DNA of 61,021 nt, counting the filler, from Circinaria calcarea (lineage: Eukaryota), in the NCBI GenBank assembly GCA_051942165.1. It is 3 parts of 3 records of this genome, joined end to end, with 100 filler letters (N's around TTAATTAATTAA, not from the genome) between each part and the next. Parts side by side here need not be neighbours in the genome. Positions count along the whole stretch, not along the records: positions 20,400 to 40,663 come from JAVECS010000181.1; 2 more parts are not named here. One strand, given 5' to 3'. Under the pieces are notes generated by a model, which worked only from the letters and a program-made list of their open reading frames with translations, searched no databases and was not told where the DNA came from. Shown here one piece after another: positions 24,957-36,900 of the stretch; position 1 is the first letter of the stretch; each line of letters begins with the position of its first letter. The translations under genes and the position numbers were made by a program.

Positions 24957-27386
24957 GATCTTCTTTGTCGCTAATCCGTCTCGTACCGTTTTAGGCAATC
25001 ATTCCACTTCTTCCCAAAACGCTACCTGGTCCAAATAAATCCAAGTCACCGCAAGATCTGATGACCCCTCCACCTCGTTTTCTTGTCTCCTCCGCGAGAG
25101 CCTGTTCAAACCAGCCAGCTCCCAACTGGAATCCAGATGCTTCCGCGCATTGAAGGTCCCTTTGGCTTTCGGATACCTGAGGCTTTTTAGCTTAGTCGAC
25201 GACGTAGAATCCTAGACGATTGGAGAGCAGTGTTAACAGGATTCATACCGAACCTGGGTCCCTTTCCCTCGTCTCGTCCCCGACCCCGTTCCTGTCCAGT
25301 GGTTACGGGAAAATCCGTTTTCCCTTTTCTCAACTGGAATTGTAACATGGTAATGTAGGTTGTGTGGCTTTTGGGGGTGGGAGGGGGGAAACACCGCGTT
25401 ATCGTACCTGTACCTGTACCTGCACGACGGGATTCTGGAAGTCTAGTGATAGTGATAGTGGTAGTGAGTAGAGCCTAGAGGCGGAGCAGGAGGTCACAAC
25501 GGTTAGATTCAAATTGGACCAGAAAGTGAACGGAATGGATGGACGGATGGATAGGGTTTGGGGATGGCAAGACATTAGTACATTAGTCATTTGGTTTATA
25601 CCTATACCCGTTCTTTTTTATTTTTTTTAATTAATATCAAATATCCTTACGCCCCCATGTAGAGATGGTTGTGAGGAACGGTTACAAGCAAAGTACAAAG
25701 TGTTTTGGTACGATTTGATGGATTACGAATTACGAATCACGAATATATCTTAGATCTTAGATCCGAACTTTTCCCTCACGGGATTTTTATTTGGCAAGAA
25801 AATATCCAAGGAGAAGAAAAAGGAAAAAGGAAAAAGGGCACCCGGGGGGCCGTGCGATTGCCTTATTCCCCATCTCCTATTCTCCTAGTTTTTCCATCCT
25901 TCCGTTCCCTCTATTTTGCCCTGCCACGGACTGAAAGTGATTGAAAACCATCCAAAACCCATAAGCTACCCCGAAGTTCCAAGAATTTCCATCCAAGCTT
26001 TACTCCGGAATAAACCGGTAGGTCAGTTCTCCCCAGGGGGAAGTTTCTCGGAGTTTTTCGGAAAGGGTCGCCCGTGGGATTTTTATCTTCATTTTTTTCC
26101 TTTTGGGGTGCTGCAGGAATGGGCGGTGGATAAACACCCCCCCGGTTCTGATATTCTGTAAGGGATGTATTCATGTGGCTGGCTGTCTCGATCTGTTGGG
26201 TTTCGCTTCTGGAGGACTTGTGAGATCCTGGAGGTATGGGTTTGTGGGGGGGTTGTATGATTAAGACTGGGCCATGTGGATAGGGGATGCGTATCTTGGG
26301 GTACTTCTTTCTACGACTCCGTTGTATTCTCGCAAGTGGAATATTTGCTAGTACCTTCGACTTCAGTCTCCTTAGTTTCAACGGGCTGGTAATGGCCCCC
26401 CTTGCTGGAGCGACAAACTTGCCGGTAGAGAGGGGAGCTGATGGATGTCTCTAGTGATATGATTCGGACACTACCTTAGAGATTTCCTAACCCCTAGTCT
26501 CTATAGAATTGGTAGTCGAGTCTGGGGAAAACAATCACATCTGCAACATATCGAAAACCTCAAGGTGGTATCTTCTCGTCTTGATTCCTCGCCATCTAGA
26601 TAGACCTCATTGTAGCTAGTTGAGGTATCGGAACCGGAATTGATGGGAAACCTAGACGCCAATATACGCCGAGGTGTTGAATGCAGAGATGCCCCCAAAC
26701 AACAACCAGAGACTCCACAAAAACAAGAAAGCTTTTGCCTCGAAGCATCGGAATGTGGAGGAACAAAACCTGCATGGGTACCAGAACTAAGGAATACGAC
26801 CCCAACGATGGCAGTTACCGCGTGGACGTTTGTATCCTATACCTGTCGCAGAACGGGGACGAACCACGGGTGAGTGCTAACAATCTCAACGGCCCAACTA
26901 CGAAAAGACAAAAGTCGTTGGCGTAAGTAGAGTAGAACTGGGGCATGAACCGTGGCAGCTCCGCTACAAGTCATGACAGGTGCCATGATAGTTGTGAAGA
27001 TCCACGTACGGGATTGCAGTAGAACAGCGATAACAACCAGGCAGTAGTAAACATATCGAGGGCTCTGCCCGTATTGACCGCTGATTGAGTAAGTACATTG
27101 GATCTACTGATTGTTGAAAGGAAAATTGTTTGCTCTGATTCACCCTTCAGGGTCTGTTTTATATATCACTTTCCAGGAGGAAGGAAATTCTGCGAAGGCG
27201 AGGATTGAAGGCGAGGATAAAAGGCTGATGATCAGGTTTGACATTCAGAGGAAAGATCCCTTTCAAGACAGCTCCCAGACAAGGATCTTACCATTCGCCG
27301 GAAAGGGAAACAAAGGATAAGACATAGATAAGGGTACAACTCCACTGATAGCGCAACTGTATACAGAACAGCAATTGAGCTAAACA

Positions 27387-28778
27387 ATGTCTGAACCGAT
27401 CCAGAAAGTCATAGAGCGCCATAATTCCGCTCAACATGCTGAGATTACAGGAAATTTTCCACTCAATCGAGCAGTAGTTGCTGGTGAGTTTCTCAAGCGA
27501 GCAGTACAAGAACCGGACGACGGTGGCTGAGCCAGCATTCCAGCCTTGCCTAAGGGCTGCAAGGTCCTTTCAGCAAACAAATTTGGATTTTCGGCATGGA
27601 CTATCACCGCCCGCATCCATGTCAAGATGCCAGGAGGAGAGCCGAGACGCTATTTTCTGAAGGTGGGAGATTTTCTGCTTAATACCAACGAGTGTATGGA
27701 GCGGTGCGTACAAACCATTCCTCAACTGATATTCTCTTTGCGGGAGAACGAAATTCAGTATGAGAGGTTTGTTTCATGATATTCGTAATCGGGCTCATGT
27801 CGTATATAGACCAAAGTCTCATGCTTACCTTTAGTTCCTGCTTAGTGCGCCATAGAGGATGCCGGTAAGATCATGATAGAAGGCGAGTTCAACGCGATGT
27901 ATGAGCTTTACCAGGTTACACCATCCTTCGTTCCTCAGCCATACACATGGGGCAAACTTGGTCTGGCCTCGCCCGAAACCTATTTCTTCCTCTGCGACTT
28001 TATTGATATGAGCAACAAGCTTCCGGAGCCTGTCCAGTTTTGCTCCCGTCTTGCCGAACTCCATCGTATTAGCGAATCACCCACAGGAAAGTTTGGTTTT
28101 CATGTTCCCACCTGCCACGGCCGATTTCCACAGCTTGTGGGATGGGATAGCTCCTGGACATCATTCTTCACGAAGCTCCTAGGTGATGTACTCCGCACGG
28201 ACCTTGCAAGAAACGGTCCGTGGCCTGCACTTGAAAAGGTCTCAGATCGCATCTTGACCGCGGTGCTTCCGAGACTTCTGGGTGTATTAGAATCCGATGG
28301 CCGATCAGTTAAGCCTTCATTGATCCACGGTGACTTGTGGGATGGCAACGTCGGTACAGAAGTGGGAACTGGTAATATCCTTATCTTTGATGCCGGAGCA
28401 TACTATGCTCACAACGAGATGGAAATTGGAATGTGGCGTTGCGAGAGACACAAACTCCGTTCTGAGGTGTATAAGCGGGAATATTTTCGAAACACACCGG
28501 TAAGCGAGCCAGCCGACGAGTGGGATGACAGAAACAGAATCTACTGTGTGAAGATGAATATAGTGCACTCTGCGCAACACGCAGGATCAATAACTCGGCA
28601 GACGTAAGACTCCCCTTAGAGCTTGATGAAGGGGTGGTTAACTAAACTAAAGAATAGCGCTTTCGAAGATATGTGCTACCTCGTTCATAAGTATGCTCCG
28701 TGGGTTTCCCAGGAAATTGACGAAGATGAAGAGTTAAAAGGATTTGCAAAGGCCGTAGAAGATGCTAAGTCCCATTGA
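27387..28778 (+). CDS. Fructosamine/ketosamine-3-kinase family protein, 4 exons
   Basis: YFLK|C, EGEF, SPTGKFGFHVPTCHG, KPSLIHGDLWDGN, IFDAGAYYAHNEMEIG, EWDDRNRIY. Confidence 0.9.
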
Positions 28779-29301
28779 TTGTACTTAAGCGTCTGGCAGA
28801 AGCTGCAACCTTCTTGTTTTTAGAGCCACCAAGGCTAGAAGATTGAATGTTGTTGGATATTGCCTATGCCCTGTAGAATGGTATCGACAGGAGAACGACC
28901 TTGGAAAGAAGCCAGGAATATTTGTGGGCCGTGGTTCTCATTCACTGGAGATCTGTGCAGCAGATTAGCTGCTTAAACCTTCCTGGTACCGCAGGGAATG
29001 TGTATAGGGATCCTCCTTCTGTCAATTTGCAACGTTCGTTTGCAAGAGCTTTCAATACAGTCAAAGTATCACAAGGCAGAGATGACAGATCATATCAAGT
29101 AACAGAAAGAACTAGACGCCAGGCCACAATGAACTTTTGATATATGCGTTCTATGAAACTTATCGGTAACGACACTAGAGCACACAGCGTCCATACAATG
29201 TCCCATGCCCTATTCCACTTCTATAGTCTTATGATCCTGTCTATGGCCAAGGGCAAACGAATGTAACCTGTGATAAGATACCTTGGTAATCTGATCAAGA
29301 A

Positions 29302-30094
29302 TCAAGAGTTCTCGATTTTCGCCAAGCACTCTTCAAACTCCGACCAATGGTTCATGACAACCTTCGCACCGTTTAGCACCAGCATATCTGCTACCTCGTG
29401 TGCCTTTAGTGGATCGTGGTAGCTGCCGACATAGGCGATTGTCGGGATTCCAGCACGCACGGCGCTCAATGTTCCACTCTTGCTGTCCTCGACGGCCACA
29501 CACTCCTCGGGCTTCACACCGATTTCCTTGCATGCGTGTAGGTAGATGGCTGGATCCGGCTTTGTAGTTGGCTTGGGAAGGGACGTTGCAGCGCTGAAGA
29601 TGTGGTTTGGTGGGAAGTACTTTGCCTGGTCGACTTTCTTAATAGACGCCTGAACTCTTTTCAATGCCGAGGAAGAGACGACGGCCATGCCGTATTTCTT
29701 CGACTTGGCAAGTTTCTCCAACATTTCACTCGCACCAACGCACGGTTGGGCTTTCTTCTCCAGGGTAGCAATCACCCGGTTCTCCTCCTCCTTGACGTAG
29801 CCTTCACGCTCTTCATCGCTGAGCTGGAAGTCAAACTTCTTCTCCATTCCCGTCACAACGCCGCGAAAGTTCTGCCCGACGAAATCGACCATAAGCTCCG
29901 GGCCGGTATACCGTTCATCCACATTGTGTTTGGCGAGGATTTCATTGGCGAGCTCGGCGCAGGCTTCGAAGGCGAGTTCTTCGGACAGGACAAGGGTATT
30001 GTCACAGTCGAAGAGGAGTTCTACAATCTGAGAGGCATTAGTGTGGTCTGGTGTTAATCAAGGATAGACAGGCATAGATTTGTACCTTGGGCAT
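29302..30094 (-). CDS. HAD-superfamily hydrolase/phosphatase, 2 exons
   Basis: MPK|IVELLFDCDNTLV (motif I), VVSSS, KPDPAIY, VEDSKSG. Confidence 0.92.
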
Positions 30095-30705
30095 TGTGGA
30101 AAAGAATTTGTTTTTGCGAGGTGGTTTTAAGCAATTGGGTTGGGGATTGATGGCTTGAATGGGGAGAGGAGCGATGGCAAGATATAGCCCAAGTTTGAAA
30201 GTCAATTCAAACTTTTCAGCAGTGGAACTCGGGTGCCAAGTAGAGTTTGCTGACGTGGAGCTGCAAGGACCGAAGTGGAGGTGATAGGCGCAATGTAGCT
30301 GCAGTGGCTTGCGGAAGGCTCATCAAGCAGGGCAACAGATCTCAAGATATAGGCATTGGCTTTTTCGGCGCAGGGAAAAAGTCAATGCACTTGGAAGGTC
30401 GATCGATGGCGGTGAGAGAAGGAAAAGGTCGAGAGGACGGAGACCATTCTCTCAAATGGAAAGGCGGGGCATTGGGGAGTGGGGGAAGTCAAAGCTCCAA
30501 TTGGCCTTTTTAGGGGGACGCACATGTCGGCGTGGCTTTAGGTCGTAGTCCTCGGCCCGACCCAATCCGTGGGAATCTCCTTCTCAGTCCTATCTGATCG
30601 ACGTCGTTCCATGGGGACAGCAGCCAGACTTGAAAGAAATTAGATGAGTGGCATGCAAGTCCGGAAGTGATCACGTTGCCTTAGGGACATATCGATATTA
30701 CAGAC

Positions 30706-32191
30706 ATGTCGGCGAGCCAGTCTCTTCCGTTCTCGGAGCCTCCTTATCTGGCGGGGCTCCCATCGCCCTATTATTCTCCCTCTCATCTCAAGTGGCAGAA
30801 GGCATGTCGCGCCTTTCTCGAAGAGAACCTCATTCAACATGCAATGCAATGGGAACGAGAGGAGACAGTACCCGCAGATGTGTTCCGGAGGTTCGCGGCT
30901 GCCAACATGCTGATTCCCAGTCTTCCTGCTCCACTCCCGGTAGCACTGCTGAAGAAACTTGGGATACATGACATCTTAGGGGTGGTACAAGTAGAAGATT
31001 GGGATTATGTGCATACGGCCATATATTGTGACGAGGTGAATGGAGGCCTTGCCAACGCAGTGCAGCACATTGACTGTCGGTAGATCGCAAGATCCGGTCT
31101 ACAAGGCCCTTCCGCATCTTTGACAACGGGAATGGCTTTTGGAGTTCCACCCATCCTCAAGTTTGGAAATCAAGAGTTGCAAGATCGCTTTTTGCCAGAT
31201 ATACTCCTAGGCAGAAAAAGAATATGTATCGCCATCACAGAACCAGAAGCAGGATCGGACGTGGCCAATATACAAACAACAGCTGTAAAAACCGACGATG
31301 GAAGGTACTATATAGTCAATGGTGCGAAGAAATGGTACGGCAGAAGGAAGGAACCGAGTATTCATGATATACTTACTCCCATATAGGATCACCAATGGAA
31401 TCTGGTCATCGAATGCCACTATGGCGGTTCGTACATCAGGGCCTGGACCTGGTGGGCTCTCTCTTCTTGTAGTACCACTGTTAGGGCATCCGGGTGTGAC
31501 GATGAGACCCTTGAAAGTCACCGGTCCAACCTCCTCAGGCACAACATATATCAGCCTTGAAGATGTCCGTGTTCCGGTGTCCAACTTGATTGGTGAGGAG
31601 GGTATGGGTATGAGATATATAATGACGAACTTCAATCACGAACGTCTGACCATCGCCATTGGCGTCACAAGGCAGGCCAGAGTTGCTCTATCGAGTGCAT
31701 TCGAATACTGTCTCAGAAGAGAAGCGTTTGGCAAGATCCTCATGGAGCAGCCGGTGGTAAGACATCGGTTGGCGAAATGTGGAGCTATTCTCGAGAGTCA
31801 ATGGGCGTGGATCGAACAATTCGTATATCAAATGACGAAACTTACCAAAGGGGAAGCGGACGTGGAGTTAGGGGGTTTGACGGCGCTCGCCAAAGCACGA
31901 GCCGGTATGGTTCTGGATGAATGTGCCAGGTGCGCTGTGCTCCTTTTTGGAGGCAATGGCCTTACAAAAAGTGGTCAGGGTGAACTTGTTGAAAGTAAGT
32001 TTTAGTCTTTACTACTTTAGTGTCAGGGTCACAGCTAATATCGGCCAGAGATTTATAGTGAAGTTCCTGGTACTCGAATACCGGGTGGTTCCGAAGATGT
32101 AATGCTTGATCTAGCGGTCAGACAGCTGGTCAAAAATTATCAGACTAAAACTAGAGCCATGGAGCGGCCAAAGGGCTCTTCGAAGCTCTGA
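30706..32191 (+). CDS. Acyl-CoA dehydrogenase with PTS1 (-SKL), 4 exons
   Basis: IAITEPEAGSDVA, VNGAKKW|ITNG, NFNHERL, REAFGK, LFGGNG, RIPGGSEDVM; ends GSSKL-stop. Confidence 0.94.
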
Positions 32192-32540
32192 ACGTTTTAC
32201 CTTATCATGCAGATTCCAACCGATTATCCGGTGTGCTGTGATGGGTTTTCAGGTAAATATGAGTATGGGATTCACGTTTTTCTTACCCGAAACAAGTTTC
32301 TCGAGAAGCTGGATTTAAAAAGCCTCCTTAGGGGCGGACAGCTATCATGGCTCTACCTGTGGGGAATAGTCTGCAGTCACTTTGTCTTCGTAAAGGAGAG
32401 TACGATGCCGGAAATCATTGCAACCTAACAAAGGCAGATTTCGTTCTACTTGGAAGGCTCCTACCAAAACTTCGATCGCTTTTAATCTATATTACTCGTT
32501 AGAACAGCCTGCCGGATAGCATTGCAATATCGCAACATCC

Positions 32541-33560
32541 TTGCCCCAACTAGATTATCTCACCGTACAACTCTACCCACCATGTATAAGAGCTTCATCC
32601 TACCGTTCACTCACCAATGGACACGAGCTGAATCAACTATCCGAAGGGATTGTGTCGATAGATTATGAGCATCCAGTCGCTACCATATTGCTTACGGCCT
32701 TGGCATGGACGCTACTATGGAAATCATACCGTCTCGAAAACAAAATTCGATCTTTCCGCTCCGGTTTCAAGAGCAGACCGGCAATCAGGAGGCTTACCAT
32801 CGAGGTTAGAGCCTGCCGTCGTGATGACAGAAACGAAAGTGTCAGGACTTTCACTGCTAGCCGGGTAAAACCTGTCAGGAATGCTGAACGTGGTATCACC
32901 ATTCTCAGATCTCTTCGGGTGGAGCGACTCTATCGAGAGCGGTGGTAAAAGGGGAACCCAGCCAAACAAGATGTGGAGACGCGCTGCTCAGAGAGCCATG
33001 GAGGCAGCTGCCATCTTTGATCGGCAGATTTGGGCTGCAAGACTGGAAGCCGAGTATGGGCCGGATTGGGAAACACGCCTCTGTAGAATGCCTGACCAAT
33101 AATATGGGTGTTTTTAAAGGAGGCGACGTTCGGGTAATCACGAATGATTGGATCAATTCACAGGGGGACAAGGAACAACAGCTCGCTGCGTTACGGGAGC
33201 TATTCTAGATAGCCGTAGGCCATTCAAAAATCATGAACGATATCATCACCGAAGCGTGGGCAGTTCTTCTCAACCGAGAAGTTTGAAAACGATAAGCGCC
33301 TTTCGTGGCAAACTGTTCCACAGCTTACACTGCAACGGCCAATTACTTAAGGCGAAGTACGCCTCTGACAAGGGTTTTGCCCACCTGCATCGGAGCATAT
33401 GTTTTATGTTCCGGTTTGTGATCCTTCGGATCCTCCCAACCAATCAACAAGACCTGTATTTTGGGAACTGTGCAGCAACACATCTATCACCAAGCCACCA
33501 AACGGGTACGGGCAGGCCTTCTTGATCTGGAAGCCGTCCTTGCACGTGACCCGTGAGTCT
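32541..33560 (+). pseudogene. Probable decayed gene upstream of the NLR
   Basis: Consecutive protein-like segments broken by frameshifts and stops (QQLAALRELF*IAVGHSKIMNDIITEAWAVLL; QQHIYHQATKRVRAGLLDLEAVL). Confidence 0.3.
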
Positions 33561-33980
33561 CTACGAGGTGTGGAGAAAAGTGCCGTAGCTAGACATAATT
33601 TGCTAGACATATCGATTAGCATTACACTCGCCGCCCCCCCGCAAGTGGCCCCATTACTCCCTACCGTCAGTCGAGAGAAATAGAAATGACCATCTGAAGT
33701 CTACATCTGGAGGGAACTAGGCTCCTATGTTTGTGAGAAATAACTGAGTATGCCTCTCCTTATACACCAGCAGCTTTGTTTAACGTTTTTATGCAGCGAT
33801 CGCCTAAAAGCAACCGTGGATTACACGTCTCAATTCGATATTTACGTACTCACCTGCGACATCGATTGGGGTGGGGGTCAACTGTTCAAACTGGTCACTC
33901 TATAAGTCTCCGAGTCCTGGTCAATGTCGACAGTACACACTGTGAGGCTGTTTGGAATTGGAATCCTACGTTAGGCCAGA

Positions 33981-36900
33981 ATGGTAGGGTTTGCTCCTTC
34001 CAGACTCTGCCTCGCCAAAGAAAGCAGCTGAACAACCCGACTTTATAGTGGAATAGGATTCGTCTGAAGACTCGAGGCGCAAGCCGATCCGCGTCAGACA
34101 TACCAGAAAACACAAATTCCGACAATCCTCATCGATCAAGAAGCCCTGGAGCTCTCCAGTCGCAGGTACTCCTAAACAGAAGTCCTACCGAGCGTAGCAC
34201 GTTGTCCTCCTATAACCTGCCGAGCAGTAATCTGAGCCTTCCAAATAGATCAAGAGAGAAATCTAGGAAACGGCACGCAGACCCTTTGGGACTGTCTATA
34301 GTATATGAGCCTAAGACTACACGATCTCTTGATATCATCTTTGTTCATGGGCTTGGAGGTACAAGTCGCCAGACTTGGAGTAAGAATAGAAATAGAGATT
34401 TTTTCTGGCCGGAACAATGGCTCCCTTTGGAACCTGATATCTCTACAACTAGAATTTTGACTTTTGGGTATAACGCTCACTTTATGTCTAGCGCCAGTGC
34501 AAACTCGATCTTGAACATCTCAGATTTTGCTAAGGATCTACTATATGATATGCGGTTTGGCAAGGATGAAAGGATGGATGATTTGGACATCGGACAAGTT
34601 GCTTAATATCTCCTCATTAATATTCGAAGCTCGATCTAAGTATTGTAGGTCCCTATTGTATTCGTTGCTCATTCTATGGGAGGTCTTATTGTCAAAAAGG
34701 TCCGTTGCCCTGCTGCATCTTCTGCTTTGAAACTAAGAAAGTACAGGCCTATATCCTCGGCCAAAATGACGATAACTATCGGAACATGACCAAAGCCACG
34801 CAGGTTATTCTATTTCTTTCCACGCCTCATCGGGGAACAAACCTGGCTGAGGTTTTAAACAAAATTCTAACGGTCTCTATCTTCAACCACGCTTCAAAAT
34901 TGTATATAGCCGAACTTAGGCGCAACTCACCGGCATTAGAGGATATCAACGAACAGTTCCGGCATATAGCCCCTGGGCTACAGATCATGTCATTCTATGA
35001 AACACTACGGACGCCTATAGGGCTAAGTAGCATTGTGCGCGGCCAGGCGCTTTACTTTCGGGCGATTGGCTGACCTGATAAGATGGTTCTTGAAAAGGAC
35101 TCATCGGTTCTTGGCTATCCAGGGGAGATTTCTAAACCCATGGTGGCCGATCATCACGATGTATGCAAGTACGCCAGTCCGCAAGATCCCAATTATATAA
35201 GTATACGTAATGCGCTTAAGACGTTTGCTTCACGGATCCGAAAAGCTGGTAGGTTCTTATTACTACATTGAAGAGTTCCCTCCTGAAAAGCTTATATAAT
35301 AATGATAGGAAAAGCTCCGGGAGCCAATCATACTATAGAGGAGACTCAGAAGATCATCGATCTTCTCGCCGTTTCGGAAATACCCGAAGATGATTTCCGT
35401 TTCTTTCTCGAACGCTGGATGCCGGGAACATGCGAATGGCTCTTAAGTGAGAAGGTCTTCTCTACTTGGCTACAACAATCCGCTACCTCTGGTGTTTTCT
35501 GGCTCCATGGGCCACCTGCAAGCGGCAAATCAATCATGTCGGCGTATCTGATCAACCACCTGAAAGATGCCGGGATTGACTGCCAATACTATTTCTTCCG
35601 CTTTGGAGACCAGACTAAGCGATCACTCAACTCCTTGCTAAGGTCACTTGCTTTCCAGATTGCTGAGAAATCTCCTGAATTTAAGACTGCATTAACGAGA
35701 CTAAGTGACGATGGCTTGCGGATCGAGAAAACCGACGCACGTACAATCTGGCAAAGATTGTTTGTCTCTCTACTCTTCAAGCTAGAAGTTGATACACCCC
35801 TTTACTGGATAATAGATGCTACTGATGAATCAGACTCACCACAATCGCTAATTGAATTGCTCTCGGGGATTTCATCCTGCAAGATACCATTACGAGTTCT
35901 GATAGTAAGCCGTCGAAGCACAAGTCTTAGCTCTGCTATTCATCGACTTTCCAACTCTGTGCGCCTTGATGACATGTCTACAGAGAACAATAGTCATGAC
36001 ATTCACCTTTATGTTGAAGCCGAAATGCAGTATATGCACGGAACACCTGAGTTTAGGAGCAGCGTGTCTCAGAAAGTACTCAACAGGGCGTCCGGAAATT
36101 TCTTATGGGTACACCTTGCCTCGAAAGAGATACTCCAATGCAATACTCAAAATGATATAGAACTGGCACTTGAAGAGCTTCCTGCCGGGATGGAGCCACT
36201 TTACCATAGGATGGAAGCGAACGTGGCTAAGAGTAATAAAGCTACAGACGTTGAGCTCGCCAAAAGACTGCTTATCTGGACAATCTGCTCACGTCATCCT
36301 TTAGGCGTCGAAGAATTTGGGCAAGCTCTGCAGCCAGAATCTCCAATTCTAGATCTCAGGCACACAATTAGCCAACTATGTGGTCAGTTTGTTGTCGTAG
36401 ACAATAAAGACCGTGTTGTTATGATTCATCAGACCGCCCGAGAATACCTGACAAAAACGCCGAATCTCCGGTGCAGTATTGATATTGCTAACGGCCATGA
36501 GGCACTCCTTTCAAGGTGCATGCTGCTATTGCTTGATCCAGCTCTGCGTCCTGCAATTGAGCGTTCTGAGCATCAACAGTTCGTAACCTACGCCGCGACA
36601 TCTTGGGCTTATCACCTCAACCTTGTCTATGCTGGCTCGGACAGTTCTCTTACACTATTGACAAGGTTTTTTCAAGGTTACTCGGTTCTCGTATGGCTTC
36701 ATTATCTCGCAAGCTCAAAACAGCTAAGAAGCCTTGCATTCACCTCACAAGTACTTGCTCGCTTCGTTCAAAAGAGGAGAAGACTTGACCCGAGCAAAAT
36801 TCCTACACTACACCGCCTCCAGGAACTCGAAACGGTTGAACGTTGGGCTACTGACTTGGTCAAGTTATTAGGGAAGTTTGGTTCAAGCCTTTTCGAAAAC

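Noticed and set aside
24960..27380. Telomerase RNA candidate in the long intergenic region
   Set aside because: No TAACCCTAA-type template; the nearest match, CTAACCCCTAG near 26487, is imperfect.
8108..32191. Secondary-metabolite cluster (ABC transporter, acyl-CoA dehydrogenase, kinase, hydrolase)
   Set aside because: No PKS, NRPS or terpene synthase core, and the genes lie on separate contigs.
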